A DNA stretch of 63,886 nt, filler included, from Intoshia linei (lineage: Eukaryota; Animalia; Orthonectida): the NCBI GenBank assembly GCA_001642005.1. It is 8 parts of 8 records of this genome, joined end to end, with 100 filler letters (N's around TTAATTAATTAA, not from the genome) between each part and the next. Parts side by side here need not be neighbours in the genome. Positions count along the whole stretch, not along the records: positions 15,882 to 28,165 come from LWCA01001098.1; positions 28,266 to 55,331 come from LWCA01000452.1; 6 more parts are not named here. One strand, written 5' to 3'. Shown piece by piece: positions 27,609 through 41,548 of this stretch. Numbering within the stretch: the first letter of the stretch is position 1; every line of letters begins with the position of its first letter. The position numbers were made by a program, and so were the translations under genes. Below the pieces are notes generated by a model, which saw nothing but the letters and a program-made list of their open reading frames with translations, did no database searches and had not been told where the DNA came from.

Positions 27609-28265
27609 GTTAGTCTATTAGATATTTATTATTGTAATCATTGTACTACAAGTTTTAGTCTGCAACAGTGGTATATATTTAATTACAGATAATTTTTTCT
27701 ATTAAAATGTTTACAAAATTAAAATTTATTATTTAGATGTCTCAGCGCGCACTGGGGTTTTCTGAACGCGCATTAGTGCGCGCTGGTGCACCTATTGAAA
27801 ATCTAGATAAATAAAAATAAGTAAAAAGAAACAGTAAATATTAAACCAGGGATCCAAATATATAAGTTTCATCTGTGTATAACAACTTTTCTTATTATAC
27901 TACACTAGACAATAAAATGGAAACTTTATTCGAGGATCTGCATGAGACTCATACAAATAAAAAACTAAAATTTTCTTGATCAACATGATGCTTCTCTTTT
28001 TAATTTTACAGTTCGCTATCAAAAGATAATGATTGACAACATCATAGCAACTAAGCTATTTCAATTAATTTTAGTTTTTTAATTTGTAATTTAATTATAA
28101 TATATAATGAAATATTTAAATTTTTTTTTCAATATATATGGAATTGATAGCGGATAATTACATGANNNNNNNNNNNNNNNNNNNNNNNNNNNNNNNNNNN
28201 NNNNNNNNNTTAATTAATTAANNNNNNNNNNNNNNNNNNNNNNNNNNNNNNNNNNNNNNNNNNNN

Positions 28266-28972
28266 AGATTGCAACAGCAGATTCAGTGATTTTCAGAAAA
28301 TAAAAGACATATTAGAATAGTTAATTAATTTTTTCAAAGCTGACTTAAATACAAGTTATATTTCAAAAAAAATAAATCAGTTATTTGATTTTGATTGCGA
28401 TGAAACAGAATTGCAAATTGTATTATTGAAATCCGATATATTTTTAAGAGCTCCTTCTATAGATATCGATTTCTGGAAATATGTATCCAAAGAGAAATAC
28501 AATATAATTAAGATGTGTTCAGAATATGTTCAATCATGTTTCGGTTCGACATACTTATACGAATCAGCGTTTTCTGTAATGAACTCAATAAAATCGATCA
28601 TCCCTTACTGATAAAAACTTGGAAAATTTAATGATATTATCCTTGTCAAATTACACTCCTAATTTTACTAAACTAGTAAATGACACAAAAATACAACCAT
28701 CTCATTAATGATTAAAAGTAAATATTTTAACTAATTATTAACTAATATAAATATTTTAGTAATGCAACAAAATATTTAAATTTTTTTTAACTATGAAGTG
28801 TATTTAATTTATATAATAAAATTTTACTTTTTTTTAATTTATATTACTATGTCCCATTACTTACTAAATTTCAGTATAGTCGATCTTATAACTTTTACGT
28901 TAGGTATTATCTCTAAAAAATCAAGTTGACCAGCCATGGTCTATCGCATCAAAAAAAGGTTGGGCAGCCCTG
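28266..28972 (+). mobile_element. hAT transposase remnant (GTF2IRD2/EPM2AIP1-like C-terminus) with 3' TIR
   Basis: FWKYVSKEKY...FGSTYLYESAFSVMNSIKS...LTDKNLENL...QPSH* followed by AAAAGGTTGGGCAGCCCTG. Confidence 0.8.
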
Positions 28973-31186
28973 GTGTATAGTAATTCACCATGTATTATTT
29001 AAAAACTCATATTTCCATTAAAAAAATTAAATTTCGTTAATAATGATGTTACTATGGGGAAAATTCCACATTCACGGAATTTCCAAATTTTTAATTCAGT
29101 AGGATGGACTTAGATTGTATAATGAATTTCATTTTTTATTAAATTTTTTACAATTGATAATAAAAAATAAAAATAGTTTTTCTAGCACCCGGTTAATAAA
29201 CGCTGTGTTAATGTGACATTTGTTATTTTTTGATATAACCCGCGAATTTTTCAATATCAAACTTATGCGACCAAAATTGTAGTTATTCCTTATATTAAAA
29301 TGTTGAATAAACGAAAAGTACACGAAGTACAGTTTTTTAGGTATATTTTTTAATTTGAACTAGAAATGTGTCTTATTTACATAATTCTAAATTTTAATAC
29401 GAATATGTAGAAAGCAATTATTTTAGACACTAAATCTTAGAGTGGTAAACTTACTGCCTAGTTCAATGTTCTTAACATTCGTGTGTGAAATACATTGATA
29501 CACATACAATAATGTTAATATACATTCGCAGCGGGTAGTCAATTTTTGTGCAACAGTTCCTAAACCTTGGTACTGTTTGGATTAGAGACACCAATGTCAA
29601 TTTGTATTTAAATTTATAGCCTATATTTTGACAATTTAGTTTTTAGCACATACTTTGTCTATTGCATTTTGTATTGTGGATGTTAAAATTAAATAACAAT
29701 TCTTAATTCATAGATTTTTACACATTTTGAAAATGATAGTGAATTATGTAAAAAAATAATTTCCAATGATAAATACCAATAAAATTAACATTTACACTTC
29801 ATATTTTAAATTGTTAATTCCTTTTAAATTATTGAAAATTTCAAATTGTTAAAACTTTCAATTCCAATTTTATAGTTCTTTTTGTTTCTAAGACATTTCG
29901 AAAAGTACTTATTTAGTACTTATAAAATATCTGGACACTCGTTATAATATAACTAAAATTTTATGTATCTTCAATACACTAATAAAATGATTTTATAAAT
30001 TTTAATCTAAAATATATTATTCTAAAAATCCGAAAATGTAAACTAGACCCTACAAAATTAGCAAACGATGCAGTGTCATATAGCCTTAGTCACCTCTCCA
30101 AGGGCTTTACAATAATTAATTAAAAAACTGAGGTCTCCATTTTACAAAAATTTCGACAAGCTCCCTGAGGAGAGACTCTCAGTACGATACGTTCAGTATG
30201 ACCATTGGTTATTGACCATATCTTTATGAAAGCAATATCAATGGTTATAACTCTACAAATATTATGTATAAGCAACAAATACTATACAACATTTTTAAAT
30301 TTGAGAAACACCCCGTTCATTGCAGTTTTGAAGATGTAAACAACTTAAATTAGCATTAAAATACCTTAACTTTTTTTTCAATCAATTTAACTTGTTGCTA
30401 AAACGATGCATTTTTATTAATGTAAAGTTGATATTCATTTTAAAGTAAAATTTTGACTAATTTAAAAGTCAATATTCTGTCAATAAGATGGATATATTTC
30501 GTTAGTGCTACGTAAAATATATATTTTTTTGTCGCCGATACACTTTTTACTTTATTATCAGGTTTTATTGAAACCAGGGTTTTTGTGACAGTTAAATTCT
30601 TAAAGTAAAATAAATTTTAATTAGAATTATACAAGCAATTCTTCACAATTACAAAATTCCAAAGACCGGAAAATGTATAATGTACGTTAAATGAACATTG
30701 TTCATATGAATACATTTGTATTTTCATTGTACAGTTTAATTTAAACTTTAAATAAAAGCCAATATTTGTGTTAAAAAGTAGATGTAGAATAAAAACAATT
30801 CATCAATAACTGTACAAAATAGGAAATGTATGTAACCATTTATTGCAATGAATACATTTATCAATAAAAATTTATTTAAATACAAATAATAAAAATAAAG
30901 TGCATTACATATTTTTAACACACATTCAACTCATCAATACAATTTTAAAACGTACTCGCGAATGCCTAAATAGATTGTATTTGGTAGATTATAATAGCGA
31001 TACAGTTACCAAACTTTGCCAATTTCACTTGGAGATTCTAAGATAGTCTTTAATTTATTTTGCATTCTACAAACATTGATATTAACGATAAATTAACTTA
31101 TTGAAAATTCTGTTGAATGGGAATATTGCATTAATACATTACGTATATTCTTGCATAAAGGTTATACATTTGATTAAATAGCATTT

Positions 31187-32978
31187 ATGGGATCATTATT
31201 ATCAAAAAGTGCAAGTTCTAAGAAAAGGTCCGTGTTATCTAATCAAGAAACTCGAGGACCTCAACATCTAGTCAATATTTCTAATCCAAACCCCTACAAA
31301 TTTGATATACCCGACAAACCAGAAACAAACCATGAATTATCTATTCCACACACGTCCAGTCTCAATTCAAATAAAGTTTTTATAGCCATGTTTAATTATG
31401 AGGCTAGAACCGAACAAGATTTGTCTTTCAACAAAGATGATTTACTAGAACTTGTAAATGACGATTATGGTGATTGGTGGTACATGAAGCACGTTTACAC
31501 TGGAAAATTAGGATATATACCCTCAAACCATGTAGCAGAAGTGAAGAGTTTGGAATCTGAAGTGTTTTCGACCCATTTAACTAATTTAATTTCCATTTAG
31601 ATGGTTTTATGGCAGTATAAAACGAGTCGAAGCAGAAAAGCGTTTATTAAGTACCGAAAATTCATCCGGTTCATACCTTATAAGAAACAGCGAATCTAGA
31701 TCAAAAGGATATTCTCTATCACGTAAATACCATAATTTTATTGTTTAATTTTTAGTTCGAGACGGAGACACTGTGAAGCATTACAGAATACGGCAGATGG
31801 ATTCCGGCGGTTATTACATATCACGACGATCACCTTTTGTTTCTCTCAAAAATCTAATAGATCATTATTCCACCTCTTCCAATGGTTTGGTTGTCATGCT
31901 GACTAAGCCCTGCACAAAGGTTTTATTTATAAATAGATTATCAATTAAAACTAGTCTGAAACACCCATAACTGTTGGTTTATCATACAATACCAGTGATA
32001 AATGGGAAATACCAAAATTATCCATAAAATTTATCCGCCAAATTGGAGCGGGTCATTTTGGAGAAGTACATGAAGGTCTATGGAACAACACCACCCCTAT
32101 AGCAGTCAAAACATTAAAAGTGGGAACCATGGCCTGTGAAGACTTTTTAGCTGAGGCTCAAATCATGAAAAAGCTCAGACACCCAAGATTAATTCAATTA
32201 TATGCTGTCTGCACGCAAGACGAACCATTTTACAGTAGAAAATTTTAAATTTATACAATTATCATTTAGTTGTTACCGAATTAATGAAATATGGGAATTT
32301 GCTTACTTACTTGCAAGGTTTATACCATCAATAAACTTTATAATTGCCTATTTTCATTAGGTCCCGGAAAACGCTACACATTCGAAATATTAGTAGACAT
32401 TGCTTCTCAAGTGGCTTCAGGCATGGCATACATTGAAGCACAGAATTACATACATAGGTTAATTACTTGGACTTAAATCATCCATTTTTTAGAGATCTCG
32501 CCGCACGAAATATATTGGTGCAAGATCATTACCTCGTAAAAATTGCAGACTTTGGATTAGCTCGATTAATAAAAGTAATTGATTAGTTTTATTTATTAAA
32601 ATTGTACAGGAAGATGAATATGAAGCTCGAGTTGGAGCGAGGTTTCCCATTAAGTGGACAGCTCCGGAAGCTATAAATTACAATCGATTTTCAATAAAAA
32701 GCGATGTATGGTCTTTCGGGATTTTATTAACAGAAATTGTAACATATGGTAAGATGCCTTATCCGGGAATGAGCAATGCAGAAGTATTACATCAAGTTGA
32801 AAACGGATATCGCATGCCGTGTCCCGATAATTGTAGAATAGAATTATATGAAATGATGCTTGAATGTTGGAAAAAAGAAGAAAATCTTAGACCTACGTTT
32901 GAAACCCTTCAATGGCAACTAGACGAATTCTTTTCCAATTTAGAAGGCGATTACAAAGAAGCATCAACCATTAATTAA
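31187..32978 (+). CDS. Src42A: Src-family tyrosine kinase, Src42A/FRK subfamily, 8 exons (31187-31563, 31601-31722, 31756-31919, 31955-32234, 32270-32317, 32361-32457, 32493-32574, 32610-32978)
   Basis: MG myristoylation start; SH3 ([15 protein letters not shown]...GYIPSNHV); SH2 (WFYG...YLIRNSES); kinase [52 protein letters not shown]; C-terminal regulatory Tyr (GDYKE). Confidence 0.95.
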
Positions 32979-33070
32979 TCATGCTCGAATATAAAATTAT
33001 ATATACATTGTTACGATACCTGACCTGTATTTTAAATATTTAATTTCTGTGGTTAATAAATTATTCAATA

Positions 33071-35009
33071 TCAGAAATTTTTATTAGTACGGTAATATTC
33101 ATGTATAGACAGGAAGGGGTCAATTATACAACTGTTTAACTTTATCCTGTCAAATTTGAATGATTTTTTTACAAGATCAAAAGCGTATAATGTCTTTAGT
33201 GAATTTAAACTATCCAAGTATCTGTCAATTTAAATTAACATGTTTTTAAGTTTGGATAAATACCTCCAATCAAATGTACGCGCATTATAGCATCTACTTA
33301 TTGATAATGTTTCCAGGTTTTTTGCGATTGGTTTACAACATAATTTTTTCATAAAACTGCATGTTACGGCACTGCAATCACTTAAATCAAGGAAATTTAA
33401 TAATTTACAAAACGATACAATGTTATAAAGTTCTAAATTTTTATAATGTAATGGTTCAAATTGCAAAACCCATGTTAAAAAAATTTAAAATTATCTACTA
33501 ATAGAATTATCACGTAAAAACATTTATCAAACACTTCCTAAAGTAAAGATTTTTAGTATATTTTTCGATCCAAAGTTTAAAAAAAAGTTGGGTCACTTTT
33601 TTTTACCAAACTACAGATTTTAAGGTTACTTTCCTCTAAACCAGGCGTTTTTTCAATTTTATTTATAAAACGAGGGAAAATTGGCTTTTTGCCCTGAAGG
33701 ACTCAATTTTAGAAAATGATACTTAGATATAAACATCACTCACGAAAAACTATTAGAAATTGGATTTTTTAAATTCTAGTTAATTTTTTAACATAATGTA
33801 AATATAAATATTGTACATAATTTTGTAACGTTATCGGGGCCACGGAAAGTGTAGTAGACCCTAAAAATTTTTAAAAAATTGGACCTCTATACATTGCTTA
33901 CTCGATCGTTCATTATCTAAAAATTAAAAATAACCATTGGTTATCTAAATTTTGTTATACTTAAGAAATTTTCCAACATTACCTATTAATAAATTTAAAA
34001 AGTAGGCCCTCATGCTTGTAGACGGGCATATGACCCTAACCTCACCCTTTTCCATTCCCTGAAAGTTACTAATTTAATTTTATAAATGAAAAATTGCTGA
34101 TTTATAGAACCCACTAAAGTTAAAAACGCCACATTGTTATACTTTTTTGTACAGCCCAGAAACATCAAAACCACTCGGTTGACAAAAAGCGTGTTATTCA
34201 AAAAAGATAATATAACTACCTGATGAACATTTAATGGTGGATCCAGACAAAACGAGATGTTTCAAATTGCAAAAAAAATTCGCACTCATGTTCTTAAATG
34301 ATAAAGTACCAAGATATCCTATATTCAGATATTCGCAACTAAAGTACACTTGAATCATAACTACAATAATATACGAATTTAGTGTTGAAAATGGTTCTAT
34401 ACACGTAATATTTCGACACGAATTAACATTAAGATATTTTAAGTTGGTATTGAGTGCCCTATATTATAAAAATTTTAATTTACAAGAAAATACCGTAACA
34501 TATTCTCTTCAAAAAAAGTAAATTCTGCATTAATAGCAATTAAACCTTTAGCATTTTGAAATATTGTTATAATGCACATCGTTTCCATTTTCACGTGACC
34601 CAAATCAAGGAATCGCAACGTACTAATCCGTTTAATTATAAATTTAAAACTGTTACCTAAAAATATTGCAACGTGATTTGACACACCCGTGTATCTGTTT
34701 TATAAATATTTATTTGTTATACATTGTTTTCATACCAAGGACGAATTCATGTTGAGAAATTTAACCGGAAAGTTAAAAAAAAATTCTAAAATGGTTGAAA
34801 AAACAGTTTTCCCGTGAATATTCACTTGCCGCCATATGAAATTTTTAAAATGATGCCTAAAATTAAAAAAAAAATTTATTATTGTTTTTAATTTACTTGA
34901 TGATAAAGTGGAAACGAGTGCACACGTTGCATATAATGAGGAGGGTGGTAGCATTAAATTTTGAGAATATTGTCAAAATTATGTCATTATTCAATTGCAA
35001 AAAATGCAT
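33071..35009 (-). CDS. SKP2: F-box/LRR protein, SKP2-like
   Basis: N-terminal F-box MHFLQLNNDIILTIFSKFNATTLLIICNVCTRF, then IWRQVNIHGK, LRFLDLG, FLDLSDC and LETLSISRCY..LKTLYAF, in the order seen in SKP2. Middle exons were not fully resolved. Confidence 0.65.
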
Positions 35010-35193
35010 TACTGTATATCAAATTATGCAATACGATAAGGTACATAACCATTACTACCGCGCCATTTCGATGTGAAAATTTAATTTATTACAAAACAAA
35101 ATACAATAAATAACAAAGATATTTAAAACAAAAAAAAGTCTCAACTCTGGGTAAACTGTAAAATCCAGTTAGACAAGATATTTACTGTCCATC

Positions 35194-38100
35194 TTAAGTA
35201 GATCCATTTCGGCTATTTCTCATTAAAGGCATGTGATACCGAGTAGCATCAAATGAATGCGTCCACAACCAGCATGGGCGACAAAAGTATCTAAAACAAT
35301 TGAAATCTCTACAAAAATATGGTCCTGGTTTCAAAGAACAAATGTCGCAAATTGCATCATCTAGGTATGGGTCAATTTGTATCTAAATATGGTTTATCTA
35401 TTGAAACGATTATTCACGAACCTTTTTACTAAACTTTGGAGTTTTAATTTCTACAAATGCCGTTGTAACTGCATTCATGTACGATTTATGAGAAGAAAAT
35501 GTGACTCGTCCTGAACCAATTGGATATTTGTGTTTATCCGTGTCAATACCGGCAAACACAACGTTTCCAAATATATCATTGACAATTTGTGCCAGTGAGT
35601 ATGCATTAATCATTCCATGTAATGCACCCACAAATATTGTTTTTTCACCGTCCAGTCTCTGGTGTGAAGGACAAGAACTATAATTACTGTCAGCAATAAC
35701 CCAGGGAATAATTTGAACCTAAATTTAACCAAGTTATAAAATATTTTCTGAAAAGATTATACCAGTTTTAAAACCAGTAGATTCCTTACTACACCTTGCA
35801 TAGCCCATATTTTGAGTATCTTACATTTGATAAAATAATTTAAAAAATATAAAATCCGTCCCATATCCGAAAACTTTTTTCATTATCTATAAAATTTGTT
35901 CCGTGTTGACGAAAAAAATGTACAAATAAGCTAAATTAGTAAAAAAACAAAATTATTTCAAAAACATCTGGGTTAACAAACTCTATAACTCAGAGTTTCT
36001 TAACCGGTGCTATAATTAATTTTATACTTTATCGATCAAATAAGCGGATTATTTAAATTTTAAGAGAATTTAAATCTTACCAAATACAGTTTATATGTTC
36101 ATTTTTATCATTTATTGGTGTTGTTATTGATAGGGTACAATTTTTTTACAAAATACAATTTTTACGTTGAATTTTAATGAGAATATTCTTAAATCTAACC
36201 ATTTTTACCTTAAAATTTGGATTATTCTTTTTAGGGTTGGTAAAACTGCATTTTTCCCTAGATTAATTTTTTTTTAATTTGATGAATCTCTTGATTATTA
36301 GTGAAAGTGGTTGGATTTAAGTAGACACCCAATTTTAAGGTACATTCTTTCATTTTTTACAGGAGTGCTATGTTTAAACAAGGTTAAGAAACCATGATAT
36401 AACTACTTACATGAACAGTAAAAATTAAACACAACATACCTCTTTACATCTCATCTTTCGACTTGATATTCTGTAATAATATTGCCCGTCATTTGCGGTA
36501 GTGCAAGCTTCAACTAGATTTCGTACAGAGTGCTCTTCTTCAAAAATGATAAATACATATCCGGCTAAATCAATAAACATAATGAAAACCTCAAAACCTT
36601 TAGTCGGGTATCGTCCAGAACTGCTTTCTTTATTCGGCCATTCAACTTCTATATTTCCAAATTCTTGGAAAACAGATTGCAATCCGCCTACTTTTTGAAA
36701 AATTAATTACAATAAAAATTTACTTTCAGTAATATCCCATGGAACACCTCCCAAAAATACTTTGGTCGAAAACGTTTCCTCTTTGTGAATGATTCTTGTC
36801 AATTGGCCCGACCATGTACACTTAGCGTCATAAATAGCTAATATTATCAAAATTATTACAATAACTCATTAACTTTACAAGCAGAGTTTCTGTGAATTTT
36901 AGCAGCCTTTTCAATGCTAAATGGGTCATGATAACTAGTGTTCAATACAGCCCCTATTTTGGCTAGTGTGTCTTCAGTTTGATTTGAATTATCGGGTATT
37001 ATATGATTTAATTCGTCCTGTCTAAATGCACGTTGATCGTTGATCGTTGAATAATTTATCCCAGACTCCATTTGCGAATAATACAATGGAACAGAGTTTT
37101 GGTATTGCATCGGGTTTACACCAACAGAGTTCAACATGCCATTCGAGTAATTACGAAAATTATCCATTGAACCGCTAGGTAACATCATATTCGGCTTAAT
37201 CTCCGATTGCCGCAACCTGGCATTGTTCTAAAATGGACTATTTAATGATAAAATACTTTACCAAATATTCCCTCAGTGAAGTATCGTTTTTATTAATTGT
37301 CCAGTCATGTGATGAATCAGAAAAAGAACTATTATTTGATAAATAATCATGTCCCAAAATTCCCGCAATTTTATTACGTGCTGCCAGTTTGTCAGCTTTT
37401 TCACGGATCGCGGCAGTGTATGGACTAATTTTATTAAATATGTTAGGTGACACATTGCCGCTCAAAAATGCGCCAGAATCACTTTTTGATAAATTTGTAT
37501 CACCTGAAAATGAATGTGACCGTGTCGGCTAAATGTTTTGATTAAATTTCAATACTGTAATTATCATTTACAAACCTGTTGAATAGAAGTAATATTTTTG
37601 ACATTGGATAATTTTGAAGAATTTCCATTATTAGGCCATGAAATAGTACGTCTGCAAGAGCTCAGAGAGACATTATTTTCAGTATCCACATTTTTATCAA
37701 ATTCAAGTTCCCCAAATACTTTATTTATAGGTGTCGAAGAAAACTCTGGTTCTTTTTTGTCTAGTAAAGTACATTAATTACGTTTTTGAAACATCTTATT
37801 GAGATTATCATTTTATGGCATACTTTTTCAAAAGGTCACACGATTGTAATTATTATTTCACGGGTTATGACTAGTGATGCAACGATTCCTAAATTTTCAA
37901 CGATGCCGATTTCTATTCGATTCTTAAAAAAACAACGATTCCGATTCCGATGCGATTCTAAATACGTTTGAGTCATACTACATTATATTTTTTTTCAGTT
38001 TTATTTACCTTTTAATTGGAAAAATTACTAAGAATAAACTTTTCAATTTTACTAACCCTTAAGGAAAAACCTACTTTAACAAACACTTTGGGGAAAAATA

Positions 38101-41100
38101 AAATTTTACAAACCCTAAAACGAAAAATCCACTTTTACCAATCTTAAAGGGAAAAATTCAGTTTTATCTAACTTTATGCACTGGTACGGTCGGTTCGGCA
38201 CAGAAACCTCGTTCAACAAAAAATTCGGAAAAATATTTTATAAATTTCTCATCTATTTATTTATTTTCAATTAAATTTTGGACGTGCCTTTTATTTGATG
38301 AAAAGTTAATTACGGCACTGTAACAGCTATGAGCAAAGGTGTTACCAGAAAAATCAAAAAATTTGTTTATTTTTGTAAAATACATTATTGCAGAGTTTCC
38401 AGGTGTTTGGGATATTATCCCAAAGCTTAGACGACGGCTAAAATTTTATTTTAAAAATCCCACTTTTATCCAACCATTAATAAAATTAAATATTTTTTTA
38501 ATAAAAAATGGGAAGTATTTTATTTGTCAGTATATTTAAAGTACTGACAAAATAAATTTTTTTAAGCCCTTCCAATATAAATACTGACATTTCATGGATT
38601 TAAATACTTACGCGATAAATACAAGCCATAAAAAATACCATTTCAAGCTATTAAATAAAAATCTCTTTTTTACGATTTACAAAAAATTTTTTAATCCAAC
38701 CTCAAAATAAAAAATTCAATTTTACCAACCCTTAAGTCAGTGGTTCCCAAACTTTTTCCACCATGGACCATTTGTCACAAAAAAAAATGTGTGTGGACCA
38801 CATAATTTTTTAAAAAAATCCTCTTAAATTTGAACACGTCACTAAAATTATCACTAATATTTTCATTTTTTTATTTTACATTCCTCCTTAAATCGAAAAT
38901 TTTACATTAATTTTGACAAGGTAGCTTCAATGGCGTAATTAAAAAAATTATTAATTTCAAACATACTTATTGCGAACTACCAGTGCCGTATGCGAGATCC
39001 TTCCACCGAGGGATCTCGACGAAATTTTTTTAAAATGGAGGCTTTAATTTATTAAATTAAGAATTAAAAAAATTCTTGAATATCAATTAATTTGAGTGTT
39101 AAATTTAAAAGGGTGTCTACTTAAATCTAACCATTTTTACTAAACATCAAAATTTACCAACATAACAAAAAAAATTCAGTTTTAACAACCTTAAAAGGAA
39201 AAATTCCCGTTTTACCAACCCTAAAAGAAAAATTCTATTTTTACCAACCTTTAAGGGAAAAATCCTGTTTTACAGAATTTCGGAGTATCCCATAAAAACT
39301 CAATATCACAAAAAAAACAAAATAAAATTTTCGTATTAAAAATGGCTAGTATTTATCGCGTCAGTATTTTAATCCGTAAAGTGTCAATATTTTAGATGGT
39401 TTGTCAGTAGAAATATTGAATTTTCAGTTGATATAATGGATTTTCAATGTTTTAGGTGCCAGTTGACAAGGTGTCAGTATAAATAATGGATTGTCAGTAT
39501 TTAAATTGGAAGGACAGTATTAAAAATTATTTTGTCAGAACTTTAAATATACTGTCAGTATTTAAATTGAATGTTCTGTATAAATTTAAACTGACAAAAA
39601 ATGCTTTTATAAAATATATTACAATAGTCTACTATTGCCATAATTACATTCTATTTGTTCTCATAAAAAAATATTCTCTGGTGTGAACACCATAGAATAT
39701 TTCTAATTTTTTTGTAATTTGGTTTGTAGGTATAATATGGTATCTTAATAGTTCAGTTTTAACTTAGGTCTGTAATGGATGATATAACTTAAAAACAAAA
39801 ACTCGATTTTTCCATTAAAGGTTGATAAAATTGGGATTCTTCTTTAGGGGTTTGTAAAACTGGAATTTTCCCTAAAGGGTTTTTAAAACCGAATTTTTCC
39901 TTTTAGGGTTGGTAAAATTGGGATTTTCCCTAAAAGGCTTTTAAAATGGAATTTTTCCATTAAAGGTTGGTAAAAGTGGGTTTTACCATAAGGGTTGGTA
40001 AAATTGGGATTTTTCCTTAGGAGTTTGTAAAAATGGATTTTTCCCATAAAAGTTGGTAAATTTTGATTTTTAGTAAAAATGGTTGGGTATAAGAATATTC
40101 TCAATTTAAAATGTTAACTCAAGAGTCTTAGAAAGGTGGATAGGGTCATATGACATTATAATTCGTTTAGTTTAAGGGTAATTTTTTTAAATTAATATTA
40201 AATAAACCTGTGGCATTCTCATCACAAAATCGAACACGTTTTATGCTTTTTTTATCAACATCGTCAAATACATCATTCTTGGATAGAGCTAGGGATCGAA
40301 TTGTTTCATTAAAAAGACGTTTCTTTTCAATTTCCACAATATTGTTATCATTCAATCTTTTTCTTTCCTCGTCTAAATAATTATTATCTTGTCAAAAGCA
40401 GTTTTTTTGTCAACTAGGTATAATTATAAATGTTTTTCACGCAGATCCATTTTGTTGTAATTAAAATGAATTTTAAAACCCTTTAAACTAATTTTCAGGA
40501 AAATTTAAATTTAGGAACGGCTTTCAAAATTTTTAAAACTGGTCAGTAGTCATATGATTGAGGACTATGATACATTTTAATTTATCAAATTTTACAAAAT
40601 ATTTTTTTGCAGCACTCACCGCATCGACAAATCTTGGAAAAGTGCAAATATCTATTACCTTTAGTGTGTTGATCAAAAAAGTAACTGCTCAATTGTACAC
40701 CTGAATTTTGATCTGGTACACTAGGATTCATACGATTCTTTAATCTTTCGTCAATCATAGTCTTTAATTTTTCCTTATTAAATTGGGAATTTCCGTTTTG
40801 GTTAAACAAGAAACCAAATCTAGTTTTAAGTCTTTTAAATTGTTCAGTCTCGGTAAATGGAACTTTTTGCTTATTCGACGCAATTAACGCATCGGAAGGA
40901 GGTGGAAGCGAAATAGGACATGATTCAGAATCATTCTTTTCCGCATCGGACCTATATTCTTGATCCAAATAATGTTTAGCAGTTTCAACGATATTTGGTG
41001 TGTTTACAAACAAATCAAAATCTGAACTTTTGATGCGAGCTTTACGCAACTTTTCAATTAAAATCATCATATCTGCTTCAGAAATCTTTTCTGTACTTTT

Positions 41101-41250
41101 TGGGTCACCTTGGGTTTTTTCGTCGGATGAAGCAACACTGGAATCAATCATTGTATGGGTATTGCTCATAGAACTACTTTCGTCCGTTTTACCATTGGGA
41201 CATTTTTCTACAACATTGTTGTAATCAATTTCTGTCAATTGGGATTCCAT
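35194..41250 (-). CDS. CPEB1: Cytoplasmic polyadenylation element-binding protein, CPEB1/Orb type, multi-exon
   Basis: [12 protein letters not shown]...[16 protein letters not shown]1/RRM2 (VQIIPW; TIFVGALHG; [20 protein letters not shown]) and ZZ finger (QIDPYL..C..C...FCR...C.RYFC..CW...H......H). The 5' exons 41250-40659, 40372-40208, 37760-37576, 37528-37262 and 37227-36879 join in phase. Confidence 0.9.
35991..36396. mobile_element. hAT (Buster-type) MITE in a CPEB intron
   Basis: TIR CAGAGTTTCTTAACC / GGTTAAGAAACCATG; TSD ctataact / atataact (7/8 match). Confidence 0.75.
39790..40100 (-). repeat. ~29-30 bp minisatellite array (consensus on + strand elsewhere ~TTTTACCAACCCTAAAAGGAAAAATCCAG)
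   Basis: About 9 diverged tandem units. Related arrays at ~4960-5360, 38040-38170, 39110-39310 and 46016-46300. Confidence 0.85.
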
Positions 41251-41548
41251 TCTATGTCAAAATTAAAAATGCTTGTAAACAGGTTACCTCTTTTTAAAAC
41301 TTTGGAAAAATACAATAAAAATGTTAAAATATCAACAAATATGTGAAAAATTGAGGGAACAATTTGACATAAATTAATAAAATTTTTGCAAAAGTGAATA
41401 AAAATCAGCAATTAAGTATATTAATACAACATACAAGACAGTATATCCAATTAACACTTTCAACCTGTTTGTCTTTTATTTTTTACTTGGATGACGATGT
41501 ACAATGTCTATCCACAAAATTATCAGCGTAAGTATCATCTTATTGCTA

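Noticed and set aside
35501-36698. Plus-strand ORFs 35501-35683 and 36501-36698 (also 41000-41224, 48216-48401, 60413-60634, 61299-61583)
   Set aside because: Antisense shadows of real exons or transposase frames.
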